NCBI RefSeq assembly: GCF_009914755.1
Contig: NC_060934.1
DNA length: 64,000 bases
Strand: one strand, 5' to 3'
DNA from: the human T2T-CHM13v2.0 reference genome, Homo sapiens
Positions 35,404 through 54,758 of this stretch are shown one piece after another (position 1 is the stretch's first letter; each line of letters begins with the position of its first letter). The position numbers were made by a program, and so were the translations under genes. The notes under the pieces were generated by a model that saw only the letters and a list, made by a program, of their open reading frames with translations, searched no databases and was not told the DNA's origin.

Positions 35404-37635
35404 GAGGTGGAGTGTAAGGGAAATGGCTGTGCTTTAGTCAGGAGTAGGCCGAGGTGGCCTTCCGGCACAGCATGACTCAGTGGGTTTGGAGCGCAGGCGC
35501 ATAACTATACACATTATGTAACCATGCCATGTGAGGCGCATTAGGGGACCACTCACCTGAGCTTGTGCTTGGCTTGGAGCCACTATTGTCTGTAAAAGGT
35601 ATAATTACCCTGCTGATGCTGTACATATGGCTCACGCCCAGAGAGAGAATAAAGCCATGTTGAAACTGCCTATGATTCCTTGAGTGTTTTCCCAGCTACC
35701 TGCCACCCAGTCACTGACTCCCCTCAGACCTCAGTTTGGGCTAGAACCTAACAGGCATGTTTGGCCGCAGCCCCCTTTTAAGTTTGGAGGTTTCTTCTGC
35801 TGTGTCCCTCAGCTGTGACACAAAACTGTGGTAGCATCCACATGGGCCTGCCTCCACATTGGCCCTGTGGGACTGGGAGTGTGAGGGTAACATGAAGATC
35901 TTGCTGCCTGCTGTCCCCTGAGCAACAGTGTCCTTAGTCTCTGACCCAGGACTTTTGTGTCTTCTTCCAGGAAACTGGATTAGCTTAAAAGTAGAGCAAC
36001 ATCTCTCACACTTCATAGCTCTTGACAGTTTTGACAACAAGGATGGGTGCTGATGGAGACATGGCTTTCTGGAAGACCCCTTGGATCTGGTAACAAATGC
36101 TCTCCCCAAGTGGTGGGTGAGGGTTGTGGAGTAAGGGTCCCCCACTGTTCTTATTAATGAGGCTCTCACTTTACCTCAACAACACTTTTCTTGTTTTTTA
36201 TTATTATTATTATTATTATTATTTTTGCCTCCTGCAGGTAGGAGGAGGAAGGGCCAAGGAGTCCCCAAAGCTGATAGAGAGCTCCAGGTGGGTCCAAACT
36301 GAGCCTAGCTGGCCACAGGGCTGCTAAAACCCAAAGCATGGGGGCATTGCCCTCCCAGCAGATGGACTACCTGAACTTCCACTACTGACATTTCTTCAGA
36401 CTGATAAACCTAATCTGTGTCTTGTGTTTGGCTTTCTGGACATTGACAATGGTGCACCTTTCATTACAAAAGCTACTCACCGGGATTGAATTTCTGACTC
36501 TACCTCCCTCCCCACCCACCCCATCTTAGTAAGAATCTTAGGTCATGGGGTGTGGCAGCCTCCAGAGACAGAGATCTCCTCCTCTCAGCTGCTCTCTAGG
36601 CACGGGGGCTGGGGTGGTGTGTGCACCTATTTTGAAAATTCAGTGGTCAGTCACTTCCGAGTAGGAGGAAGCTTCATCTTGGATGGTTGGAGAGGACTCT
36701 GGGAAGCACATAGCTCAGGGGCCCTAGTTTCACATCTCATAACGTGCAATCTAGAGTCCTTTTTTTAGCTCATTCCGGATTTAGGCCTGCACACTGTACT
36801 TTACTTCTCTGGGTGCTTTGCTGTCTCCATGACCTTGTCTTTCAATGGCTCTCTGTAGCCCTCCACCCAAGGCCTCTGCTCTGCTCCACTGGCCTGAGGT
36901 AGCCATCTGCTGACTGAGTCAGGGGCCCTGGGAGAATTCCTGACCTGGTTCCCACCCCACAAGCTCCCAGCTTCCCAGTGCTGACTTGGCTAATTGATCT
37001 GGAGTCCTTGCCAAAAATCATATCCTGCAGGCCTGTGGAGCCTTAAACGTGGAGCGGCTGTACAGCCCCGCTGGGCTCAGCTGCTCGGAGTTATAAAAAG
37101 AACTGCAGTGCATGTGGTGGGCCGGTGACTAACGTGGCCACTTGGGGAGTCGTCATCAGCTGTTGGGTGAGGTGATGTGTATCAGGCCGCACTCAGTTCC
37201 CAAGGTTCAACCCTGGAGGCTGATCTCCTTTCTCACCTCCTTAGTCCAGGCTGCAGGAGAGATTTCTGCCTTGAGCGCAGAACTTAATCAGTGGCTCACT
37301 GTCTATCCTGAGTTATGGCTGTGGTACAGCCCAGCTCTAGGCACTGTGGCAGGCCCTGCACTATGAGGAACTGTCATGAGGTGAATGATTTGGCGAGAAA
37401 TGATATGCTGAGAGTTTGCAGACACTAAAGGAGTGTGAGGAATGGGGAGTGGATTTTGGAGTCTGAAGAGCTACCTCCACATCCCAACTCTGCCACTTAC
37501 TAGCTGTGTGGCTTTGGGCTGGTTATTTAACTTCTCTGGACCTCAGTTTGCCTTGTCTGTGAAATGAAAACAATACCTACCCCATGAGGGTTACATGAAA
37601 AATACACAGTAGAATCCATTTTAATCTGACCTTGA

Positions 37636-38020
<385 letters not shown>

Positions 38021-38096
38021 ACAAGCACAGCCTTTTAACAGCAGCCTGCAAGACCCACACTTTACTCCACGAACATATCAATATTACTGTTGTTGT

Positions 38097-39509
<1,413 letters not shown>

Positions 39510-41021
39510 CTCCTGAGCACACTATTGGAGCTGGTGGGGTTTTCTTTGCAAATGCCACCATGTCACCCATAGCTTGGCCTGCAGGTCCCTGCACTAGTGC
39601 CAATGTAGATATTTTCTTTCCAAATCTAATCCCTAATTTACACACCCTTTGTGATGATGAGTTCAAATTCTTAGAGAAATTATTTAGCCCCCTGGAGAGA
39701 CTGCTCTCCCAGTGTGGAGGGCTGGGGCTGGGGTCATATGTCAACATTGTTCAATGTGACACATATTTACTGAGCACCTACTCAGTGCCTATCCCTGGTG
39801 AGACAAAAGATGAGTGAGGAATGGCACCTGCCCTTGAGAAACATATAAGAAATGCTTCAGCAAGAAGCGTGTGTCTTTCTCTTGACCATAATGGCAATCT
39901 CCTAACACTGGAATAGGGTTAAGAAATCATAAAGAGTTCATGCATGTGTTCGTTGATTCATGAAGGCTTTATAGGGCCTCTACTTTGTCCCAGGCTCTAT
40001 GCTAGACAGTAGGTAAAGCTGAATTGAAGGTTTTATTTTGCAGTTATTAAGCCTGTGAATAATTTCAGCACAGGAAGCCTACTGTGCCTTTCAGCACAGT
40101 TGACTTATGTCCAAGGTACAGACGTGGAACAGAAGAGAGAGTACTGAATGATGTTCTGGTGGGAGAGCAGGATGGTTCTGTGTCTGGGAGTGCTTCACAG
40201 AGGAAGTGGCTACTGAAAAAGGATTCAAAGGAAGACTCAGCTTGCCAGGCGGATGCATGGGGAAAAGGCATCCTAGGCTGAGGAAACAGCCTGTGCAAAG
40301 GCCTGGGGACTGAGTCATGGACCAGCAGGGCTCAGAGGCTTTGCAGAAGTGATCTCATCCACCCACTCATAGTTCAGATGAGGCTGGGATGCAGAGAGCG
40401 GAAGGCACTGCCTAGAGCTACTCAGCCAGTTAACCACAGAGTTTTGATGGGAACCTGGCCTCCTACCTCCCAGCCACAGCTGGTATTTTCTTCTGCTGGG
40501 GAAATGCTACACATCATACACAATACCATCTTTACCACTTGATGGATCACAAGCAGGTATACATTTAAGTCATCTGAATTTAGTTCAAAGTTTGCAAATG
40601 GAGAGCAGAATTAGAGGGGCTGGCTGTGCTTTCCATGGGTCCAGATATATAGTGGGTGCTCAGTAAGGGTCTGTGCCCTCCTCCATGGCCAGATGCGGTC
40701 GGGGGGTGGGGGCGGGAAGTAAAGGCAACTCCCTGTTCTAAAGGAACACATGGATGACAACTTCCAACTTAGGATGACTTGAAGCTGGGCTTGTGAAGGC
40801 TCTGAGCAGCTGGGCTTGGAAGGCAATAATTTCTCAGGCAGAGCATGAGTACCTCTGTGTCTCCCAGTTTGAAAGGGAGCAAGTCATCCTGAAAATAAGC
40901 AAATGTCACTTCACCTCCGACCTGGCTGCCCTTTCAGTGGGTGCAGCGAATAAGGCCTTCTCGGTCATTCCGGGCTTTCAGTTTATGGGACTAAGAAAAA
41001 GGCAGAAATGCCAATAGTATA

Positions 41022-44252
<3,231 letters not shown>

Positions 44253-44254
44253 GC

Positions 44255-44824
44255 CTTTTCAATCTTAACTAAGCATTTATTATGTACTGTGGCTGTCACT
44301 TTTGCAGTTTCAGGTGTGACAGCAAAACTAGCATGAACTTCTTTTTCCTTCTTCACAATTTCACAGAAGATCTTCGTAATCTCATTGTACAATTTTTTTT
44401 TCTTTCCTAATTAAGTTGAAAACTTTCACCTTTTCAGTTAAAAGAAGCATGATACAGCTTCTCTTAGGCACAGCTGCATTGTCAATATCACTACTCTTGC
44501 GTCTTGGGGCCACTGCTATGTAAAGTAAGAGTTACTTGAACACAAGCAAGATTGCCTGGCTGATCTGATAACTCAGATGGCTACTGACTGACTAATGGGT
44601 GGGTAGTGAAGACAGCATGGGCACGCTGGACAAAGGGATCATTCATATCCCAGGCAGGATGGATTAGGACAGTGCGAGATTTTGTCACACTACGCTGAAC
44701 AGCATGCAACTGAAAACATGAATTGCTTATTTCTGAAATTTTCTATGTAATATTATTGGACTGTGGTTGACCATGGGTAACTGAAACCTCAGAAAGCAAA
44801 ACCATGGATAAGTTGGGACTGCTG
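44255..44824 (-). mobile_element. MER44/Tigger7-family DNA transposon
   Basis: Ends ggtaactgaaacc..aaaaccatggataagttgggactgctg-TA. Confidence 0.8.
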
Positions 44825-46120
44825 TATATAGAATAGTCTATGATATGATATATTAAATACACCATAAATAATACATTGTATAATATAATGCTTTATAGTA
44901 TAAACTATATAAATTAAATATTAAAATAGAAATTACATATTTAAAATATAAATATAAAATATAAAGACATGCATTTAATATATATGAGAAATATTTAAAG
45001 AAGGCAGAGCATAGTATGATAAACACCCTCCCACTGCATCTTAACAGTTTACCCTGTTGTCTCTACCCCAGTACACGACTATGGTTGACTGTAACACCTC
45101 GATGTGAGTGAGAAATTTGAATGCAGGTTTTACATCTGTAGCTTTTTAAGTCCCAAAGCTGCTCCTCCTCATAGAATCCTCCAGTGGCTACTGAGAGCCC
45201 TCCGGATAGGCCAGACTCCCGCACAGGGTCTTTGGAGGCTTGTGAGATTGGATCCCTGCCCACATCTCCCCACCAGCCCCTCACGCTCTGGCTCCTGTTT
45301 TGTTCCTTCCACCAGGCAAGTGGCTGTCTCCTCCTGGGACGTTCTGTCCTCCTCTTCCCCTTGCCAACTCCTGATTATCCTTCAGGCTTTGGCTGAAATG
45401 GCACTTCCTCCAGGAAGCACTTTATGACAGCTCCAACATGGCTGTGGCTACCGCCCTCCAGCACCGTGCCTGCCCCGGGCCCAGCATGTCAGTCCTCCCT
45501 CCCCCAGGGATTGCCTGACCCCTCCTCTGTGACTTTCACTGTTTAGTGAGCTCCGGCACAGGGATTGGCCTGCTAGGCTCACCTCTGCACCCCGTGTGTC
45601 CATCATAGAGCTTTTAACAAGTTGGTGGGTACATCACCTCTACTTGTTACATGTTAAACATGAGCTGGAAGGTGGCACAGGGCGTATCCTGGAGGATGAG
45701 GGGACCCTGAATGGGTAAAGCCTGCTGAGGAAGGCTTGGCCACCCCTAGCATTGGCTAAGTTGGCCCATTTTGAAAGATTGGAACCATCCTGGTTTCCCA
45801 ACTAGTAACCATTCACTTCCTTCCCCTCTTTCTGATAGAAACCCGACTTTGCTTATCTTCGTATGAGCAGCCATATGTTTCCAAAGAGGGGGCTCAGCCC
45901 TCATCAGGAACTGGCCAAGGCATGGGCTGGTGGGGGGTCTGGACAGTAACACTTGAGGGTGACTCTGCCGCTGGGGGGTCCCTGAAGCCTCACCTTATTC
46001 TTCAAAAGGGACACAGGAATGTGGGGAATTCTGTAGGACAAATGTCTTGGTTTTCTTGACTTAAAAAAAAAAAGATGTTGGGGAGGGGAAGAGAGGGAGA
46101 GAGAGAAACTGTTTAGATGA

Positions 46121-46330
46121 GGGGTTAGCAGATTTTTTCTGCCAAATTCCAAGCAGTAAATATTTTAGGCTTTGTGGGCCGTACTGTCTCGGCAGTAACT
46201 GCTCAACTCCGCCTCTAGCAGGAATGAACCATGGAACACATAAACAAGCAGAGGCAGCTGCGTTCCCATGAAGCTGATTTACAAAAACACACGGCGGGCT
46301 CACTGGGCCCCAGGTGTAGTTTGCCCACTT
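46121..46330 (+). mobile_element. MER58A-like hAT element
   Basis: agtaaatattttaggctttgtgggcc..actgctcaactc..tttacaaaaaca..gtagtttgcc. Confidence 0.75.
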
Positions 46331-46418
46331 ATGGTATAGATGAAAGGAGACTTCTGAGGTATACTGGCCAGATGAGATGTATGGACTTTGCTTGGATACC
46401 CACTTGAACAAATCAAGT

Positions 46419-46708
46419 CTTTTTTTGAGACAGAGTCTTGCTGTGTCATCGAGACTGGACTGCAGTGGCAGGATCTCCTCTCACTGTAACCTCTGCTTAC
46501 TGGGTTCAAGTGATTCTCCTGCCTCAGCCTCCTGAGTAGCTTGGATTATAGGCACCCACCAGCACGCCTGGCTAATTTTGTATTTTTAGTAGAGACAGGG
46601 TTTCACCATGTTGGCCAGGCTGGTCTTGAACTCCTGATCTCAAGCAATCCACCCGCCTCAGCCTCCCAAAGTATTGGGATTACAGGCATGAGCCACCGCA
46701 TCTGGCCC
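46419..46708 (-). mobile_element. AluS
   Basis: Antisense dimer; TSD caagtctt. Confidence 0.9.
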
Positions 46709-47095
46709 AAACCAAGTCTTAAAAACCAAACAAGACAAAAATGTTTGTGACAGTTGGGGAAATTTGAACAATGATCAGATGCAAGATGATTTTAAGGAAT
46801 TATTGTTAATTTTGCTAGGTGTGACAAAGACATGGTTTTCGTTGTTGTTGATGTTGTTTTGATTTTGTTTTTAAAGAAGAGAGAGTTTTTATCTACTAGC
46901 TGCTGATACTAAATGGGAGATAATGTAGGGGGTTTGCTCTAAAATGACCTCAGGTGTGGAGGGAAGGGGTAAGGATGACACGGAGCTGGCCATATGGGCA
47001 TAATGACTGAAGCTGGGTGATGGAATTGGGGGAAGGGGCCTCTATACTCTTTTGTCTTCCTTTGTTTATGTTTAAAAATCTGTATAATAAAGTCA

Positions 47096-47791
<696 letters not shown>

Positions 47792-48137
47792 AAAGAAAGA
47801 ACTCCCTCTTCCACTGCCTCTGGTCCCCATTGCATCAGGTGAATATGTGATGCCTGCAGCTAATGCAGTCATTTTACAGCTAAGAGGGAACAAGCCTGAG
47901 GATGAGACTAATCCCCAAGCATGACAGAGTGGAAGAGGAAGGGACTGAGATGCTGGAAGATCCTGTGAGGCTGCCAAATTAACCAGGTCCAGCACTGGCC
48001 TGCTTCAGGATTCCTTTTTATATGAGATAATAAATTAAGCCATGTGTTTGGTGACATGTAAGCCAAAGTCCCCTTACTGATCTAAAGAAAGGAACAGTAT
48101 AGAGGTCTGGCCCCTCTTTGCTGCAGAATGTCACCCA

Positions 48138-48223
48138 TGGTATCTAAGAGGATGTTAGGATTGGAAGAAAAGCTGCTAAGTGGTATCCAAGAGGATGTTA
48201 GGATTGGAAGAAAAGCTGGTAAG
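48138..48223. repeat. 43-bp tandem duplication (2 copies)
   Basis: tggtatcyaagaggatgttaggattggaagaaaagctgstaag x2, 41/43 identical. Confidence 0.95.
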
Positions 48224-48915
48224 AAGCGTGCCCTGGACGAATCTCTCTGAGTCCTTCCATTATACCATAGGGGCACGGGGAAATGGGGGAGATCACTGCT
48301 TCCTGCCTTACTCTCTGGAACCCCAGGCAGCCAATGCCAGGGGCCGCACTGGACTTCGCTTAGGAGGATGCTATAGGAGACCTGTGGTTTCAGAAGAGGG
48401 GATGGCAGAAACAAAACTCCCAAAGGACAGCTGGGCTTTTTGGCATCCTTCCTCACAAAGACAAGGAGACCTCCTCTCCCCGCACTCCCCAACACGCAGT
48501 AACCACAGCCACACAATGTCTACACACAGGGCACAAACGGCATTGTTTCTAACTGATCTCATGGTTCAGCCAGTCTCGGGGGCATCAGCTGTTCTGTAAT
48601 GCATGACAAATCACTGTGGTTAACTTAACCCATCCTTGTCTCCTAGCTACAGTCATTAGACACTTGCCAAAAAATGTGCAGAGGGAATGCTGGGGAAACA
48701 AAGGAGAAGGGTCATGTGGAGAAGGCCACGAGGCCCAGCCCCTCTCCCGCACATCTGGAGGCTTCTGGAGCTCTGCCAGACTCCTGGAGTTCAGATGCAG
48801 CACCAGCCCAGGCTTTGGAGACAGGGGATAGGAGATGAGAGTGGTGGCCTTGAATTAGGAGCAAGTCACAGATCTTCAGTTAGTGAGTTTGCTCTCAGTC
48901 TTCATTTGGCCCCAG

Positions 48916-49218
48916 TTTTCTTTTTCTTTTTCTTTTTTTTTTTCTTGAGACTCAGTCTCACTCTGTCATCTAGTCAAGTGATCATGGCTCACTGCAGGCT
49001 CGACCTCCTTGGGCTCAGGTGATTCTCCCACCTCAGCCTCCCCAAGTAGCTGGGACTACAGGTGCACCACCACGCCTGGCTAATTTTGTATTTTTTGTAG
49101 AGACAGGGTTTTGCCATGTTGCTCAGGAAAGTCTTGAACTCCTGGGCTCAAGTGATCCACTGGCCTCAGCTTCCCAAAGGGCTGGGGATTAGAGGTGTGA
49201 GCCATTGCTCCCAGCCTG
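48916..49218 (-). mobile_element. AluJ
   Basis: TSD tggccccagttttc. Confidence 0.9.
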
Positions 49219-49246
49219 GCCCCAGTTTTCAAGGCTTTGTTTAGAA

Positions 49247-49433
49247 CAGTGATTCTTAAATTTGAGCATGCATCAGAGTCCCCTGGAGGACAGGTTAAAA
49301 CAGATTGCTGGGCCCCTTCCCCAGAGTTTCTGGTTGAGTAGGCCTGGGGTGAGGCCTGAGAATGTGCCTGTCTAAAAACTTTCAAGTGATGCTGATTCTG
49401 CTGCACAGGGGGACGCTGATTTGAGAACCACTG
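49247..49433. mobile_element. MER5A (hAT-Charlie MITE)
   Basis: TIRs cagtgattctt..gagaaccactg, 8-bp flanks gtttagaa/gcttagag. Confidence 0.85.
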
Positions 49434-49761
49434 GCTTAGAGCTGCTGTGCATGACGGTGGCTCTCAGGTAGCAGCAGGAAGAGACTCAGACTCTTCTTCC
49501 TCTTCCTTCCCTTTGGGCTGAGGTAGGAACTAACGATGAATGACCAAAGGGGGAACCAATATCACCAATACTCTAAGATCACTGTGAACCAGGAACCAGG
49601 AGACTTGAGGTGTTATCCTGCCCCTGAATGATCTTTCTGTGTGGTGTTGCAAGGTCAACTCTGCTCTCTGGGTCTCAGTTTGCCCCTCTGTACAATAGGC
49701 AGGTGGTGTTTTTCTGCATGTGTTGTCGTTTCCACTAACAAACAGTTTTATAAAATAAGGA

Positions 49762-50078
<317 letters not shown>

Positions 50079-50989
50079 CAAGGAAAACAAAATGAACTAA
50101 GTGATCTCCAAGAAGGTGGAGGTGGGAGAATCTCTTGGCAGCATCACCGTGTGCCTGGAAGCCTGGGAGCTGGAATCTGACTTGGGTTTGAATATGGCTC
50201 TGATATTTACCAGCTATGAGTGCTGTGAGCACTGGCAGAGCTGCCCAACCTGGCAGAGTCTTAGACTCCTCTTCTGCAAGTGGGGATGAGGATGCTGACC
50301 TTACAAAGTTGTTGCAGGAGTGGAGGTAAATGTATAAAGGGGCTGGCCAACAAATATTAGCTATGATGATTATATTTGTTATTTTTAATATCTTTTCAAG
50401 GCTTGGCAACTCAGAAAGGCAACTCATCTCCTGCATCCGTGCCTGACTGTGGAGCCTGGTGATGTTTGTTGATGGCCACTCAGAATTTACACACATGTGT
50501 CTCACGTTTTCCCCTGGAATGATTATTCTGGGAAATGCTTGACTTGCCAAATTTTCCGTGAACTGTTCTTTCTCCAACTTCCGTTCATTTGATTACTAAT
50601 TTAACTAATATTTATTAAGGGCCTCCCATGTGCCCAACACAGGGTAGCCACTGGGGATACAATGAGGAGAGAACCCCAAATGTGGTCCCTGTTCCCTGTG
50701 AAACTCAGTCTGGGGGAAGCAGGTGTTCATCTGTGAATCACAGAGAATCAGGAGAAACTCAACAGCAAAAACTGCTGTGCAGGGGCCCAGAGATGGTACA
50801 ACAGCAGGTGGATTTGACCTGGTTGGGAGGCCAGGACAGGCTTGGGGAAGAGAGAACTAAAAGGATGATGTCTGAGGGTAGCAGGCATTGACTGGGAGAA
50901 GAGAGAGGGTTGGGCATTATGGGCAGAGAGAACAGCCTGTTGTGCAAAGGTGCCTGCAAGGAGCTAGGCTGGAGGGTTACCCAGTGTAC

Positions 50990-52494
50990 GTGACCTCAGT
51001 GACTTTTCACCCCACCTTAACTCTGCTTATCTTTAGAAAACAGGACATCCGAGGTCAGAAGTTCCCCCTCGTGACTAAGCAGCTAAGACTGGTGGGATCC
51101 AAGATGACAGTTCCCTTGACCTCTGAAGAACCTCTAACTTCATTATAATCTAATTTCCAGGCTAAATGACACTCTTACCATCATGACCACAGTTGATAAT
51201 CACCATGCCAATGGCTAGAACAAACCACGAAAGGACAAAAAGGAAGGTGGCAACTCTGGTTCCCAGAAGTTCTCCGCCCATTCCCAGAGAAGGCATGAAT
51301 ATTCCTCCCCTTGTTTTCAATGCTCAACATCTTTATTAAAGATGCCCTGTATCTGTGACTTCCCAGCACTCACAAGCTGAGCAGTGTTGTGGGAAGTCAG
51401 GAACCCGGAATGGAGGGACCGGCTGAAGCCATGGCAGAAGAACATGGATTGAGAAGATTTCATGGACATTTATTAGTTCCCGAAATTAATACTTTTATAA
51501 TTTCTTACGCCTGTCTTTACTGCAACCTCTGAACATAAATTGTGAAGATTTCATCGACACTTATCACTTCCCTAATCAATACCCTTGTGATTTCCTATGC
51601 CTGTCTTTACTTTAATCTCTTAATCCCATCATCTTTGTAAACTGAGGAGGATGTATGTCGCCTCAGGACCCTGTGATGATTGCGTTAACTGCACGAATTG
51701 TTGGTAGAGCATGTGTGTTTAAACAATAGAAAATCTGGGCACCTTGAAAAAAGAACAGGATAGCAGCAATGTTCAGGGAACAAGAGAGATAACCTTAAAC
51801 TCTGAGCACTGGTGAGCCAGATGGAACAGAGCCATATTTCTCTTCTTTCAAAAGCAAATGGGAGAAATATCGCTGAATTCTTTTTCTCAGCAAGGAACAT
51901 CCCTGAGAAAGAGAATGCGTCCCTGGGGGTAGGCCTCTAAAATGGCCGCTTCGGGGGGCAGCCGTCTTTTATGGTCGAAGCTGTAGGGATGAAATAAGCC
52001 TCAGTCTCCCGTAGCGCTCCCAGGCTTATTAGGAAGAGGAAATTCCCGCCTAATAAATTTTGGTCATACCAGTTGTCTGCTCTCAAAACCTGTCTCCTGA
52101 TAAGATGTTATCAATGACAACATGTGCCCGAAACTTCATTAGCGATTTTAATTTTGCCCCGGTCCTGTGGTCCTGTGATCTTGCTCTGCCTCCATTTGCC
52201 TTGTGATATTCTATTACCTTGTGGAGCACGTGATCTCTGTGACTCACACCCTATTCATACACTCCCTCCCTTTTTGAAAATCACTAATAAAAACTTGCTG
52301 GTTTTGCGGCTTGTGGGGCATCATGGAACCTGCTGACAGTTGATTCGTGAGCCAAGCTCCCACTTCTCAATTCCATGGCCATTAAATAAAGCCTGCACTG
52401 CTTGATGCTCACTCTCAGTTTTGCGTACTGACTTTGTGACACCAAACGGAGAATAATACCTCATCTTTTTGAGAGGACCAGCTTTGTCCGTAAC
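50990..52494 (+). mobile_element. ERV1 LTR (MER4-group, subfamily uncertain) interrupted by MER11
   Basis: catgaatattcctcccctt motif, aataaagcctgcactgc, ends gtaaca. Confidence 0.55.
51385..52338 (+). mobile_element. MER11B/C (HML-8/HERV-K11) LTR, 3' end missing
   Basis: tgttgtgggaagtcagg..ggagggaccggctgaagccatggcagaag start, internal tandem block, ctaataaaaacttgctggttttgcggct. Confidence 0.88.
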
Positions 52495-54675
52495 AGAGGC
52501 AGGAAGGTGGGCACAGGGAGTCTGATCTTTGTTCCAAGAGGAACAGAGCCTTTGGAGGTTTAATAGCAGAGAGGGCCATGTGATGTCTCAAACATCTCTG
52601 GGTGTAGTTGGAGGAGAGATTCCGGGGCCCGGAGAAGAGTGGGGTTATCTGTTAGGACAAACCTACAGCAGTGTCCACAGAGGGCTGCTGGTGGCCTGCT
52701 GGGAGATGGGGTTGCATTTGAAATGGAAAGAAGTTACTGTATTTGGAATATCCTTTGGAGTCAACTCCACAGGACTTGGAGGGGATTGATGTGGTGGGTG
52801 AGAGAGGTGACTAGGGTGGTCCAGCTGTCTGACTTCCTAACTGGCTATCCAGGGTGGATGGTGATGGCTTTCAGTGAGCTAGGGTGGAACTCCTCTTCTC
52901 CAGAGCATTTCAGAGCCCTACTGGTCACTTGTCACACCATGGGTTGGAAGACAAGGACCCTCTTCCTGTGTTTCAGAGTACTCATCTCCTCCAGGTGTGG
53001 ATAAAACAGGTAAACACTTAGCACAGCAGCTGGTTCTCAACAAATGATAGCTGCCTGCTGGACCCCCTGCCTCTGGGTCACTCTCGTGGAGCTGTTGGCC
53101 TCTTGCTGCAGAGACCTATCACAAGCTGACACTCTTACTTCCTTGTGGGGGCATCTGGGACTCCTGCTGGGGTGGGGATATTTTGTCTCAACCTTGAACC
53201 TCCTCATCTTTATCTTGGAAGATGGAGCAAGAGGGGAAGAGAGCTGGCGCTCAGCAGAGGTTGTGCTTTTCTGAAGCCAGGGGAACTGGCCCTCCTCTAA
53301 ACTAGCTGTGTGACCAGAGGCAAGTCTGCTTTCCTCTCCAGACCTCAGTTTACCTAACTATAAAATGGAGTGGGGCACAGGACTGGAGATTGCCTCTCAA
53401 CCCCTCTATCTCCAAATCTCTGCATTTTTGTTTATGCTCAAAGGAACGTGGGTGGAGGCTGGGACCACCTTGCTCCTCAGGGTCAAATCCTGGGCCGTTG
53501 CCCAAGCCCCAGCCCACTCATTACATCTGTTTCAAACTCTTGCCACAGTCACCTTTTGGGGATAGACACCTCCACTTTGTCTTTCTGGCCTACCTGTCAC
53601 AGGAGCCTTCCATGGGCTCTAGCTAGTCCAGCCTTTTCTCCTCCTGCCTGGGAGGCTCATGGCAGGCCGCCCCCTCCTGCCCATGCTCGTGCCATTCCCA
53701 ACCAGGAACACTGCTTCCTCTCTGTCTCCCCTGTGGAAGCCTCAGCTTGGATCCACGGCAGTGAAATCTCCCTCTAAGCTTCTCCTTCCCAGAGTCCCCA
53801 GAGTCCCTGGGGTCCCCCCTGGCGACCTTGCATGTTCATTTAGAGCACATTTCTCTACCCTTTCCTTACCTGGTTTTCAGACTTTCTCTTGCCCATGTCA
53901 GGTTTCTCAATTGCTTGCTGGCTTCATGCAGCCAACACGGACTTTCTGCATCCCTCTCCCCCAGGGCCTTAGACTGAAACTGTTGTGTTGGGTGTTGGGA
54001 GAAACACCTAAGACATTCTCTCCTGCGCGAAGACTCAAGGAAGACACTGGGAAACCCAGACCTTGACTTCCTAGGAGGGTCCCCAGCTTACACCTGGGGA
54101 TTTCTTCCTTTGGCCCCATTCACCTCCAAATCTGGGGCCACCTTGCCCTCTCCCCACCTTCTGGCCCAGACTCTGAGCTAGGCCCCCATGTCCCCTTTTC
54201 CTAACAAAGCCTTCCTCCGTGGAAGAGAGCTTGGACACACAATACTTGCCGATAAAAGCAACCATTGTAGCCCCAGGGAAGGGGGCGGGGGTAAAGAAAC
54301 GGGGAGAGGTTTTGCTCTCTGCTTGCCAAGGCTGGCTCCAGGGAAGGCCGCAGCCCACTCCAGCGAAGCAGGCTGCTGGGGCCCCAGCTGTGACCTGCTC
54401 CTCTTGACTTGCTTTCCTTGAGGCAGGAACAAGGGGGTGGAATGGAGCTGGGGCCCCTGAGTTTTCTAGGGGAGTCTTTCTGAGATGGCCCCACAGCAGA
54501 AAAGGGGCAATCCTTACGCCATGACTTTTTCCTTCTGTCCCGCAGGGTTCCCACTCTGCAGCTTGGAAAACTGAGACCCTGAGAAGGGAAGCCATTTTAT
54601 CCAGAGATCATTTGGTGGGCTTGGGTTTGCAGAGGGCCAGAGCTGTGAAGCTCCAGCCTGGTCATCTCCCAGCCT

Positions 54676-54724
<49 letters not shown>

Positions 54725-54758
54725 TTCTCTCTCTCTCTTTCCTATCTCTCTCTCTCTT

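Larger units (their letters stand above)
32251..35753 (+). mobile_element. HERV-S/HERVL18 provirus (LTR18A-type LTRs), internally deleted, 3.5 kb
   Basis: Direct LTRs 32251-32602 and 35413-35753, PBS tggcactgtaagcaggat (32605-32622, near tRNA-Ser 3' complement), PPT 35402-35412, TSD ggcag/ggcat, gag-pro-partial pol-partial env remnants. Confidence 0.9.
32074..36040 (+). mobile_element. LTR47-like ERVL LTR split by the HERV-S provirus
   Basis: tgttgggagacaattc..gactatcttttcaagga start; resumes after 35758 with gtctctgacccagga. Confidence 0.55.
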
